DNA from: a virus | Length of the DNA stretch: 64,000 bases | Reading direction: 5' to 3' (one strand) | IMG/VR virus record: IMGVR_UViG_3300031787_000011 | In this document: piece by piece, positions 1-8,079 of the stretch | Layout: the number at the start of each line of letters is the position of its first letter | Position numbering within the stretch: position 1 is the first letter of the stretch | Translations under genes and position numbers: made by a program | Notes under the pieces: generated by a model | Database searches by the model: none | What the model was told of the DNA's origin: nothing | The model's input: only the letters and a program-made list of their open reading frames with translations

Positions 1-942
1 AAGCAATTATCAGTAGTCCCAACTACAGGCGCACCACAATCAACATTAGTAACACTAACTGGATTAGAGAGTGGAAAACTAATTGATCAATATATCACCA
101 CTGGATTAGGGTTTACTTCTATCCCTGGCGGAATACAAAGATTTTTCCCTCATTATTTACTAGGAAACTCTGGGGCTCATATTGATGCTGTTATTGAATT
201 AGAATTAGCAAATTTTAGTGGTAGTGGATATGGTCAAAAAATATACACAGAAGAATTAAAGATCCCATACAACGACGCTGTTACTCCTGTAGAATTACAA
301 TTGGATGTATTTTTACCGCAAACGCCGGTGCTTATTACAGACAGAATGATTGCTAGGCTATTTGCAACAAATAGAGATGCAGTAAACCGTGATGTTACAT
401 TTTACACCGAAGGAAATCAATATTATAGTTATGTAATCACAACAGCAAATCAAAGAGTGGCAACTGATGGCAGCAGCGGAACAAGTGGAAGTTCTGGATC
501 GTCAGGAACATCTGGCGGCACAGGAGGCACTGGAAGCATTGGATCGCAAGGAGGCACAGGCGGCACTGGGAGCCTTGGAAGCACTGGGTCTCAAGGAAGC
601 ATCGGAAGTACCGGATCGCAAGGTAACACAGGAGGCACAGGCGGCACTGGAAGCCTTGGAAGTACTGGATCCCAAGGCAATACCGGCGGTACTGGTGGCA
701 CTGGCGGAACTGGAGGCACAGGCGGCACTGGAAGTCTTGGAAGCACTGGGTCTCAAGGAAGCATCGGAAGTACCGGATCGCAAGGTAACACAGGAGGCAC
801 AGGCGGTACTGGAGGGACAGGCGGAATTGGCTCAACTGGCTCGACTGGTTCTACTGGTTCGGCAGGAACTGTAATTTCATACGGTACAGCGGCTCCATCT
901 GGAGGAAACGATGGAGATATCTACCTACAATATGTCCCATAA
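1..942 (+). CDS. Collagen-like (Gly-X-Y, Ser/Thr-rich) virion fibre protein, 5'-truncated by the window
   Basis: Frame 1 is open from base 1 to TAA at 940-942. Long GST/GSQ/GNT/GGT triplet tract; C-terminal GTAAPSGGNDGDIYLQY resembles phage tail-fibre ends. Confidence 0.75.
   Translation, partial: KQLSVVPTTGAPQSTLVTLTGLESGKLIDQYITTGLGFTSIPGGIQRFFPHYLLGNSGAHIDAVIELELANFSGSGYGQKIYTEELKIPYNDAVTPVELQLDVFLPQTPVLITDRMIARLFATNRDAVNRDVTFYTEGNQYYSYVITTANQRVATDGSSGTSGSSGSSGTSGGTGGTGSIGSQGGTGGTGSLGSTGSQGSIGSTGSQGNTGGTGGTGSLGSTGSQGNTGGTGGTGGTGGTGGTGSLGSTGSQGSIGSTGSQGNTGGTGGTGGTGGIGSTGSTGSTGSAGTVISYGTAAPSGGNDGDIYLQYVP
550..806 (+). repeat. 95-nt direct repeat (550-644 and 712-806) in the collagen-like tract
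   Basis: Two copies offset by 162 nt with 2 mismatches, read directly from the sequence. Confidence 0.85.
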
Positions 943-954
943 TTTTTTATTAAT

Positions 955-1122
955 ATGTACACTCTTACAAAATATCAACCTGTGGCTCTACAACCAGACT
1001 ATCAAGTTTTGGTAAGTGGAGAATATAATTTATTAGATTTAGTTCCTTGTGGATTATATGGACAAGGAGATGAGCCTAATTGTGCATTTTTAGTCGCAAC
1101 GTGCGTAGGAATAAATTTATAA
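955..1122 (+). CDS. Small hypothetical protein (55 aa), not in the ORF track
   Basis: ATG 955 to TAA 1120-1122 (MYTLTKYQPVALQPDY...CVGINL); fills the gap between two fibre genes. Confidence 0.5.
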   Translation: MYTLTKYQPVALQPDYQVLVSGEYNLLDLVPCGLYGQGDEPNCAFLVATCVGINL

Positions 1123-1151
1123 GAAGTTAATAATAATAATTAAAATAAAAT

Positions 1152-3290
1152 ATGAAAACAGCAACAGAACAAATTTTTAATGGCACTTTCGCTCAAGTCG
1201 CAATTGGCGGCGCATACGATTCCACAAAAATAAATAGAGGAAAGCATACAGGCCAATTTAATTTAGGAGCAGGAGAAGCTGATAAATTTATTGGACCCGC
1301 ACCTCTTGGGGTAGCAAATTTTGGTGAAAGCAGCTTGGCGATACCTTCTCAGTTCGTGCATCCAGTAAAAATTACTGATGATTTATTTTGGATTTTTGGG
1401 TCGGATGTAGCTACTGCCGCCGCAACTCGCCGTGTGCAATTATGGACATGGGTGCCTTCAACTAACACTTATACATTTGTTGGCGCTATAATAAATACTT
1501 TTCCTGCTGCAACAAATCATACTGTTCGCGGAATTAGAGCTATATTAGAAAACTATACAACTGGAACAGTAGGCGTTTCTGGCACTGCTGTTACTGGATC
1601 TGGAACAACTTGGCTTACTGGTTTAAGCGTCGGAAGTCGTATTGGATTTGGTTCAACAGATCCTACCCAAATAACAACATGGTATCAAATTAGTGCTATA
1701 GGTTCTAATACAAGCATTACATTAACATCTAGTGCTGGAACTATAAGTTCTGGAACAAGTTATGTTATTCAAGATTTAATGATTGTTCAGGCCACAACAA
1801 ACGCTACAGTGACTAATGGTGGCGTATTTATTACAAAAGGATTGAGTTTTGAAGCGTTTCAAAATCCAGCAACAGTGATACCAGCAGCTACAACTGTTGA
1901 TAAAATACGCGCAGTTTATTGGTTAAAAGATGCTGCTACGATAACTAACACAACAATAGGTGGATGCGCTTTAGGAGATAGAGATTCTTGGACGCAACAA
2001 TTTATTTATTGTACTGACGGGGCGGCAACAACACTAAGAATTTTTAAATATAATATCCGCGCTCCATTAACGCCAACTTCTGGCGCGTTTACACTAACTG
2101 GAGCAGACATAGTTATAACTGGAAATCAAGCGGTTACTGGTAATATCAGCCAAGCTAATAATGGAAGAATTGCTACTTTAAATCATGGTCCAGGATCTGG
2201 AGTTTCATCTCTTTATCTTTTTACTGCTACTCGTATTATAAGAGTTGCTTTAACAAATATTGTAGCAAGTAGCACAACTTATATTTCAGATCAAATGGCT
2301 GAAGTACCTCCTGGAGGCACAAACACAAACGTTGCAACAGCTGGTTTTACAAGTATGGATATTGCTGGTTCATTGGATAAAATCGTTGTAACATCAGCAG
2401 CTTCAACTGGTACTATATTCATTACTGATTATTATACAGGTGGTCAACAAATAGATAGACGCGCATGTTGCTTATCGACACAATTACCATCATCTAATAG
2501 AGATACAGATAGTCCTATTTTTATTCATAATATTTCAGCAAATATTCCATTCGTTTGGGTAGAAGATGGATGGTTGTTTTGGATATACTCTCAAGCAGCA
2601 ACTGCAAATTCAAACGCATTAACTGTTTATCCGCTTGCTGCTGATTTAGAATTTATAGCTGATGCGCCTAATAGAATTATATGTCCTAAAATAAATCTTG
2701 GCGCGACTCCATCTAAATTATATAGAGCGTATACTAATTGCGTAGAAAATATTGGTGATAACACAATGGGTATTTGTCCTGATATGTACCGTTTACAGTA
2801 TCGCACTTCTGGCATTGATGATAATTCAGGATCATGGACTGATGTTCCTCAAAATGGAGATATTAGCGGAGTTTTACCAAGTGCTAATATACAATTTGCA
2901 TTTTTATTTAGAACTGCTGGAGTAATAATGTTACCAGCAAGAATTTTATCTTTAGCAGTTGTATACGAAACAGCAGATGCTTTGCCTAGTCAATATAGAT
3001 GGAATTTTAGCGATTTTGACACTTCAAATGGCACATTCGCTTGGATACAAACTGCTTTATTTGGATCTACTCCAGGAACTCATACGATAGATGTTTATAG
3101 AGCAGATACTGACGCATTAGTATTAACTCAATCTTCGACAGGAACTACAAATGGTAGTTTTCAATATTATAGCGGTGCTGCATGGTATACTGGTATTGGT
3201 GCAGATGCTTTAAACACAAGAAGAAGATTTGTTCCTAGCGGATCTTTACCTGGAAGTGTTGATCTTTACGCAACTATAGATGTACAATAA
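1152..3290 (+). CDS. Putative tail fibre / virion structural protein
   Basis: 712 aa, Thr/Gly/Ser/Ala-rich. Segment TTGTVGVSGTAVTGSGTTW...YQISAIGSNTSITL resembles a phage tail-fibre beta domain. Confidence 0.6.
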   Translation: MKTATEQIFNGTFAQVAIGGAYDSTKINRGKHTGQFNLGAGEADKFIGPAPLGVANFGESSLAIPSQFVHPVKITDDLFWIFGSDVATAAATRRVQLWTWVPSTNTYTFVGAIINTFPAATNHTVRGIRAILENYTTGTVGVSGTAVTGSGTTWLTGLSVGSRIGFGSTDPTQITTWYQISAIGSNTSITLTSSAGTISSGTSYVIQDLMIVQATTNATVTNGGVFITKGLSFEAFQNPATVIPAATTVDKIRAVYWLKDAATITNTTIGGCALGDRDSWTQQFIYCTDGAATTLRIFKYNIRAPLTPTSGAFTLTGADIVITGNQAVTGNISQANNGRIATLNHGPGSGVSSLYLFTATRIIRVALTNIVASSTTYISDQMAEVPPGGTNTNVATAGFTSMDIAGSLDKIVVTSAASTGTIFITDYYTGGQQIDRRACCLSTQLPSSNRDTDSPIFIHNISANIPFVWVEDGWLFWIYSQAATANSNALTVYPLAADLEFIADAPNRIICPKINLGATPSKLYRAYTNCVENIGDNTMGICPDMYRLQYRTSGIDDNSGSWTDVPQNGDISGVLPSANIQFAFLFRTAGVIMLPARILSLAVVYETADALPSQYRWNFSDFDTSNGTFAWIQTALFGSTPGTHTIDVYRADTDALVLTQSSTGTTNGSFQYYSGAAWYTGIGADALNTRRRFVPSGSLPGSVDLYATIDVQ

Positions 3291-3292
3291 TT

Positions 3293-3595
3293 ATGAATCT
3301 TACAGCGGGTGGATCATCTATTCAATTTGTAAGAGATACTGGCTCGCCAAATGCCGTACAAAATTTCTTAGCTGATGGAAAAGTGCAAGGAGTTCAATCG
3401 TCAAGCGGCTTGCCGTTTAATTATATATTTCAACTTGCTCAAAGATCTACTCAATTTACTTACTTTATTGTCGCAGGAAATCAATTTTGGATAAAAATAT
3501 CAGGAGCTTGGAAAACAGGCACAATGTTTGTAAAAGTGGCTGGTATCTGGAAATCTACAACTCCATATATTAAAATTGGAGGAGTTTGGAAATAA
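3293..3595 (+). CDS. Small virion-associated protein with three K-x-x-G-x-W-K repeats
   Basis: WIKISGAWK, FVKVAGIWK and YIKIGGVWK repeats are typical of phage fibre termini. Confidence 0.6.
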   Translation: MNLTAGGSSIQFVRDTGSPNAVQNFLADGKVQGVQSSSGLPFNYIFQLAQRSTQFTYFIVAGNQFWIKISGAWKTGTMFVKVAGIWKSTTPYIKIGGVWK

Positions 3596-3610
3596 TATAT
3601 CTGTATTCTG

Positions 3611-3625
3611 GTGTAATTAAATAAT
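3611..3625 (+). promoter_or_regulatory. GTGTAA-N9-ATG motif, candidate late promoter
   Basis: GTGTAAttaAATAAT then ATG 3626; near-identical copy on the minus strand at 6736-6722. Confidence 0.4.
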
Positions 3626-4150
3626 ATGAAAGTAGTTGACATAGCTCAAGAAATTTATTTAGACCTGAATAGTCCAAGTGATTTAAGTATCGCGGCTATA
3701 TCTTTTTGGGTTAGAGCTAATGTTGGAGCATTAAATAGTTTTTTATTTTCTAATTTTGCTGTGAACGGAACTACTTACGAGATAGTAGATGCTGATAACA
3801 ATAATGCCGAAATAGATATCAATGCTGTGGCAATATTAAAAAAGATGTATATGATACATCGTTACGCTGTAATAATTAGATCTAAATTAACTTCTACAGA
3901 TTCAGACGACGTAATAGAAGTAACTCACAATGATACAAAAGTAAGAAAAATAGACAAAAATCAAATCATTAAAACAGTTAGCGCCGAAAAGAAACAAGAA
4001 GAAGAATCTCTAAAACTTTTAATTAGCGCGTATAGAAGCAAGCAATTTACTCCAGAGCAAGTTGTTGGAGATGATATTGTCGCTGGGGCTTTTCCAGACA
4101 ATTATCCATATATTAGGTCTGGTAGAACTTACGGATATACTGCTTATTAA
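3626..4150 (+). CDS. Hypothetical phage protein, possibly head-tail connector type
   Basis: 174-aa intact ORF. Function guessed only from size, helical character and context. Confidence 0.55.
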   Translation: MKVVDIAQEIYLDLNSPSDLSIAAISFWVRANVGALNSFLFSNFAVNGTTYEIVDADNNNAEIDINAVAILKKMYMIHRYAVIIRSKLTSTDSDDVIEVTHNDTKVRKIDKNQIIKTVSAEKKQEEESLKLLISAYRSKQFTPEQVVGDDIVAGAFPDNYPYIRSGRTYGYTAY

Positions 4151-4344
4151 AAACCTCTGTTTTCTTTTATTATTTTTTCTATTTGAGTTATTTCAAAAAC
4201 AATCTTTTGCTTTAAGTTATTTAATTCGTTAACTATGCTAGCGGCTTGCTTTTTAGATTTAGCTTTTTCTAATTTTGCAATAAGCCTGTCAGATTCTTTT
4301 TCATAAAATTCTGCTGTCTTTAACATCATTTCTAAATGGTCCAT
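4147..4344 (-). CDS. Small coiled-coil hypothetical protein
   Basis: 65-aa charged helical ORF; its stop overlaps the convergent stop (TTAA 4147-4150). Confidence 0.55.
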   Translation of the reverse strand: MDHLEMMLKTAEFYEKESDRLIAKLEKAKSKKQAASIVNELNNLKQKIVFEITQIEKIIKENRGF

Positions 4345-4355
4345 ATAAAATGAAA

Positions 4356-4377
4356 GAGGGGAGCTTTCGCTCCCCTC
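4356..4377 (-). terminator. Intrinsic terminator, possibly bidirectional
   Basis: GAGGGGAGC-GAAA-GCTCCCCTC 9-bp stem on the minus strand followed by TTTCATTTT; T-rich tract also on the plus side. Confidence 0.85.
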
Positions 4378-4388
4378 AGTTTTGTGTT

Positions 4389-4577
4389 TTAACGCTTACG
4401 TCGAGCTGCTCGCTTGCTTAGGGTTTGTGGATCTGACGCTGCCGCGAATCCGAATGAATTACGCGCAATGCGCTTGGTATCAGTTCGGTGCTGGTTGATC
4501 TTAACAACCTTCTGAACATCAGTCACTGTTAGCCTACCGCAGTCAGACTCGGTAACCGTAATAGAATACTTATTCAT
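4389..4577 (-). CDS. Small basic hypothetical protein
   Basis: 62 aa with Arg/Lys tail KRAARRKR; TTGACT element upstream (4614-4609) and terminator downstream. Confidence 0.7.
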   Translation of the reverse strand: MNKYSITVTESDCGRLTVTDVQKVVKINQHRTDTKRIARNSFGFAAASDPQTLSKRAARRKR

Positions 4578-4610
4578 AACATCTATATTCTTGCAGAAGA
4601 ATAAAAAAAG

Positions 4611-4943
4611 TCAAGTTATTTTAACAGAAATTTCTTTATTTTCTGGGTTTTCTTTTTCTGGTACACACACCTCTAAAACTCCGTTTTCTAATTCGGCAGT
4701 AATCTTTGTTAAATCGCATTCTTTTGGAAATAAAAAAGATCCTGACATAGCTTTCCTTTTGTTACCTTCGGCAGGCAAAAGGCTAACAATTACTTTGCCT
4801 TGTTTGGATTTGACAGAAACCTCATCCTTAGAAAAGCCCGGCACATCTAAAGATAAAATGTACTTATGGTTTTCTAATTCCCAAGAGTAGTTAAATGGTG
4901 AGATTATTGGATCTGAGAGAGATGAATAATATGCGTTTATCAT
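4611..4943 (-). CDS. Small heat-shock protein (Hsp20/alpha-crystallin family)
   Basis: Motifs LSLDVPGFSKDEVSV, F-x-F-P and ITAELENGVLEVCVP. Start moved to ATG 4943 (MINAYY) to avoid overlap with the upstream gene. Confidence 0.85.
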   Translation of the reverse strand: MINAYYSSLSDPIISPFNYSWELENHKYILSLDVPGFSKDEVSVKSKQGKVIVSLLPAEGNKRKAMSGSFLFPKECDLTKITAELENGVLEVCVPEKENPENKEISVKIT

Positions 4944-4950
4944 ACTAGAG

Positions 4951-5658
4951 TCAAAAAGCAAAGGCCGTGCCGCTAGATTTGGGCCAGTTTTCGATATTTT
5001 TCTTGGTTTTGCGAGACTTGGAGAGACTTTTAGTCTCAATAAGTGGGCCATAGATGAGACTAAATAACTCATAAACAGACTGCTTGGAAAAATGACTTTC
5101 TTCGGGCGGCTTAGGAGATGTGTCTTGCCATTCTAAAACATAATCAGCAAGAGCTTCTACTTTCGGGGTGTGGGTCGCTTCTTCATTATTCACTGGAATA
5201 GAAAAAATCTTTTTAAATGGATAAGCGCTTTCTATTTCATATTTCTTAACATGAATTAAAATACCGCCATTTTTTTTCAACCAGTAAACCTCATCGTTTT
5301 CATATTCAGCATGTCTGATATCTGGAATACAAACGATTCTGTCGTTTTTTGTTTTTGGAAATTGAGATATAATTTTAGAAATTTTTCCCGTCCAGTGTGT
5401 GCCTTTAGTTTCGATGCGCTTGACTTTACCATGAAAAACTAAGAAGTCGCGTATTTTGCTCTTATCTTCTCTAGAACAAATTATTGGATCAATCCCGTAA
5501 AGAGACAAAAGAGCGTCCTTGCACTCTTCTTTGATAGAATCTGCCAAAGCAATTCTTTCGAATTCATAGCCTCTTTCCTCAAAAAGCTGCCTGAACATGT
5601 TGCATAAAGAGTCTTTGCCGTCGCCAGCTAGACCTGATATTCCTATTAGTTTATTCAT
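4951..5658 (-). CDS. Deoxynucleoside monophosphate kinase (phage dNMP kinase family)
   Basis: P-loop IGISGLAGDGKDS, ALADSIKE and IPDIRHAEYENDE motifs. Start at ATG 5658 gives an ATGA overlap with the HNH gene. Confidence 0.8.
   Translation of the reverse strand: MNKLIGISGLAGDGKDSLCNMFRQLFEERGYEFERIALADSIKEECKDALLSLYGIDPIICSREDKSKIRDFLVFHGKVKRIETKGTHWTGKISKIISQFPKTKNDRIVCIPDIRHAEYENDEVYWLKKNGGILIHVKKYEIESAYPFKKIFSIPVNNEEATHTPKVEALADYVLEWQDTSPKPPEESHFSKQSVYELFSLIYGPLIETKSLSKSRKTKKNIENWPKSSGTAFAF
4957..4972 (-). promoter_or_regulatory. sigma54 (RpoN)-type -24/-12 promoter
   Basis: Minus strand CGGCACGGCCTTTGCT versus consensus TGGCACG-N4-TTGCW, ending 13 nt before the Hsp20 ATG. Confidence 0.65.
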
Positions 5659-6266
5659 TTGATAAATACACTCCAATCTATGTGGTTTTTAAATTCTATT
5701 AAATCTGTAGCCAAAATTGGAGGCATTGGTTTTGGTCTTCTAATTAATTTTAAACCAGCTTCTTCTGGGGTTTTGCTGCCTTTTTTAGAGTTTATATCTT
5801 TATGACAAAGAACCATATTTTCCCAAGTATTCGGGCCTCCCCTAGACTTCGGGAAAGGATGGTCTATATTCGCTTCTTCTGGTTTTAATTTTTTGCCGCT
5901 GTATTGGCAGATTCCTTTGTCTCTGATCCAAATATTATTTTTAGTAGGGCGAAATGTCTTTACTGGAATTTCAGCGTATTTAGATGAAGCAATAATCGTA
6001 GGAACTCTAATGGACATTTTGCTTGTTCTTATTTCTAAGTCGCATTCTCTGACGGGAAGAGTTATCCACTCGTCCCACTTGACAGTTTGAATGTCTTCTA
6101 CGTCAGAAAAATTTAAAGATCCGTCTTCATTTTTACCATAGATAACGTTAAGGGCTACGCAATTTGGATTAACTAATTCGCTAAATGCATCTCTGACAGA
6201 TTTAACTCCAATTGGCTGCCATCTTTTATTTAGACATAAACAAATGATTTTGTCTTCTATCCCCAT
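5655..6266 (-). CDS. HNH endonuclease
   Basis: IWIRDKGICQYSG...NIDHPFPKSRGGPNTWENMVLCHKDINSKKG, a canonical HNH motif. Confidence 0.9.
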   Translation of the reverse strand: MGIEDKIICLCLNKRWQPIGVKSVRDAFSELVNPNCVALNVIYGKNEDGSLNFSDVEDIQTVKWDEWITLPVRECDLEIRTSKMSIRVPTIIASSKYAEIPVKTFRPTKNNIWIRDKGICQYSGKKLKPEEANIDHPFPKSRGGPNTWENMVLCHKDINSKKGSKTPEEAGLKLIRRPKPMPPILATDLIEFKNHIDWSVFIK

Positions 6267-6273
6267 GCATTAG

Positions 6274-6302
6274 AATATAGTTTTTTTTCTTGTTTGCGTC
6301 AA
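6274..6302 (-). promoter_or_regulatory. sigma70-type promoter for the HNH gene (near-leaderless)
   Basis: TTGACG (6302-6297), 17-nt spacer, TATATT (6279-6274); ATG at 6266. Confidence 0.6.
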
Positions 6303-6341
6303 GATTTTTCTAGATTTTTTTAATTTTATTTTTAGAATAAA

Positions 6342-6488
6342 ATGATGAAGAAATCAACATCTCAAAAGACAAGAAAGAAGGCCGCTAAGAGTGCGTCTTC
6401 TTCGGGTAACGCAGGAAATACCGGCAACGCTGGAAACGTCGGCAAGGGCGGCCCGCCGAATAAGGCAGGTAAGGGCGGTAAGAAGTAA
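6342..6488 (+). CDS. 48-aa Lys/Gly-rich peptide, not in the ORF track
   Basis: MMKKSTSQKTRKKAAKSASSSGNAGNTGNAGNVGKGGPPNKAGKGGKK; TAGAAT -10 at 6333-6338 and a terminator immediately after the stop. Confidence 0.7.
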   Translation: MMKKSTSQKTRKKAAKSASSSGNAGNTGNAGNVGKGGPPNKAGKGGKK

Positions 6489-6493
6489 AACAC

Positions 6494-6522
6494 GGCGCGA
6501 CTAAAAATCGCGCCCTTTTTTT
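6494..6522 (+). terminator. Intrinsic terminator
   Basis: GGCGCGA-ctaaaaa-TCGCGCC stem-loop followed by C and a T run. Confidence 0.8.
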
Positions 6523-6721
6523 AATAAATTAAGAAGCCTTCGTCAGAGCAATCTTCCCAGTCTAAAGATTCTGAGGCTTTAGATTTTCTTTTGAACTGAC
6601 TATAGCACACAGCAATTCGTTGTTTTTGATTTGGGAACTCTTTGACCATAGTAGAATCTCCAGCGCATCTGCTAACAAAATCTTTTTGTTTTTCGGTTTT
6701 TTTTGGATTCATTAGTGGCAT
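6521..6721 (-). CDS. Small conserved-type phage protein
   Basis: MP..P...E....F.SRC..D..M..EFP..KQR.AVCYSQ pattern, which I recognise from phage morphogenesis-associated proteins; preceded by the GTGTAA motif. Confidence 0.7.
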   Translation of the reverse strand: MPLMNPKKTEKQKDFVSRCAGDSTMVKEFPNQKQRIAVCYSQFKRKSKASESLDWEDCSDEGFLIY

Positions 6722-6736
6722 ATTATTCAGTTACAC
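6722..6736 (-). promoter_or_regulatory. GTGTAA-N9-ATG motif, candidate late promoter
   Basis: Minus strand GTGTAActgAATAAT then ATG 6721. Confidence 0.4.
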
Positions 6737-6854
6737 TAAAATTATACTTTATATTCAAAAGAAAATAAATTAAATTTGTTACTTCATTTAAGATGGAATA
6801 TATTTCTGATATTTTTTGCACATAGTGTATTACACATGCATTAGATATGAGTGA

Positions 6855-7034
6855 TTAATTTAAGGACCTAATATCAAAAATATCAACAGAAACTAAAGTA
6901 TCTCCGTTTGATACAATGAACGTCTCCTCGTCCTTTACGGCTGTAACCTCTCCGATCCATTCTCCTTCTGGATCTAAAACCTTAACTGTTTTGCCAACTA
7001 ATCTTGAATTAATATCAAGTTTGGATTCTTTCAT
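6855..7034 (-). CDS. 59-aa small beta-barrel (Sm/SH3-like) protein, not in the ORF track
   Basis: MKESKLDINSRLVGKTVKVLDPEGEWIGEVTAVKDEETFIVSNGDTLVSVDIFDIRSLN; ATGA overlap with the upstream gene at 7031-7034. Confidence 0.7.
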   Translation of the reverse strand: MKESKLDINSRLVGKTVKVLDPEGEWIGEVTAVKDEETFIVSNGDTLVSVDIFDIRSLN

Positions 7035-7330
7035 TTGATTTTTATTATTTTGTCTGAGTGTGGGAATGTTATGCTTATATTTGAATAAGTTTTATTTGGA
7101 TCTAATATTTCAGCAAGAATTTTGATGGTATCTTGAGAAAACTTTTCTGCGATTTCAACATATTTGCTTTCATGGATTTCAGTAGCTGCCTTATTTGAGC
7201 AGTTGCATTTAGACAAACTATCTATACAAAAAGACAGCGCTTCTACTAATTCTGAGGATCTTGACACTTCTGTCGGGCTTGTCGAGATGGCTTTGCAAAA
7301 TTCTATTAGTCCCTTAATTTCTATTTCCAT
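7031..7330 (-). CDS. Hypothetical protein
   Basis: 99-aa ORF in a tightly overlapping minus-strand operon. Confidence 0.65.
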   Translation of the reverse strand: MEIEIKGLIEFCKAISTSPTEVSRSSELVEALSFCIDSLSKCNCSNKAATEIHESKYVEIAEKFSQDTIKILAEILDPNKTYSNISITFPHSDKIIKIK

Positions 7331-7667
7331 GGTTGAACATTATGTCTACAGTTTTGTATAATATTACATACACAAAATAAACAAAAAATACAAATTGAAT
7401 TTTTGATGCAGCCAAGCACATCCAAAAACCTAGGCAGTATGGGCAGCTCAGCAGCCTAGTAAAAAAATTATTGTTCTTAAGGAGCAAAAAATCAAAATAA
7501 TTTGTCTTGCCTGAGTTTTGAATTTTAAAGCACTTGTACTCGATATCCTTAGTAAAAGACAAGAGTTTTAATACCCTGCCGTACTCGACGATAAAATCGG
7601 TCTTGTAAAGCAGGATAGAAATAGCGGCGCATGAAGCTGCCTGAATAAAATTATCCTGAATGCCCAT
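7314..7667 (-). CDS. Small membrane protein with CPYC motif (DUF1360-like)
   Basis: LLSCPYCLGFW flanked by hydrophobic segments. Confidence 0.6.
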   Translation of the reverse strand: MGIQDNFIQAASCAAISILLYKTDFIVEYGRVLKLLSFTKDIEYKCFKIQNSGKTNYFDFLLLKNNNFFTRLLSCPYCLGFWMCLAASKIQFVFFVYFVYVILYKTVDIMFNHGNRN

Positions 7668-8073
7668 ATCCGCCTTCGCCTCGCTTGGTTGCGGTTAGGT
7701 CGTTAGACTTTACAAAATTAACATGAGCGCATGGCTCGATAATAATCTGAGCAATCTTGTCTCCGACATGAACCGTAAAATCTAAATTATTGTCTGTATT
7801 ATATAAAATGACACCAATATCTCCTCTGTAATCGGAATCTATGACGCCAGCCAAAACATCAATTCCATTTTTGTATGCTAAACCAGATCTTGGAGCTATT
7901 CTTCCATAATGATTCATCGGAATAGCCATGCTGATATTGGTTTTGATAAGCTTTCTTCCAAGTCTTGGGACCACAATCGCTTCTGCTGCGTATAGATCAT
8001 ATCCAGCAGAAAACGGAGTTGCTTGCGTAGGAATCTTAGCCAAATCGCTCAGTAGTTTAATGTGTATGTCCAC
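7651..8073 (-). CDS. dut: Trimeric dUTPase
   Basis: Motifs AGYDL, IAPRSGLA, GVIDSDYRG, GDKIAQ and RGEGGYGHSG. Confidence 0.95.
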   Translation of the reverse strand: MDIHIKLLSDLAKIPTQATPFSAGYDLYAAEAIVVPRLGRKLIKTNISMAIPMNHYGRIAPRSGLAYKNGIDVLAGVIDSDYRGDIGVILYNTDNNLDFTVHVGDKIAQIIIEPCAHVNFVKSNDLTATKRGEGGYGHSG

Positions 8074-8079
8074 GACGGT

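Noticed and set aside
550-806. Diversity-generating retroelement template/variable repeat
   Set aside because: No reverse transcriptase in the window, and the differences are synonymous changes within a low-complexity tract, not adenine-specific.
437-874. Alternative-frame ORFs 437-835 (-), 467-874 (+) and 502-783 (-)
   Set aside because: By-products of the stop-poor Gly-repeat tract.
4944-5072. N-terminal extension of Hsp20 as given in the ORF track
   Set aside because: Overlaps the dNMP kinase 3' end; ATG 4943 fits the promoter and typical domain size better.
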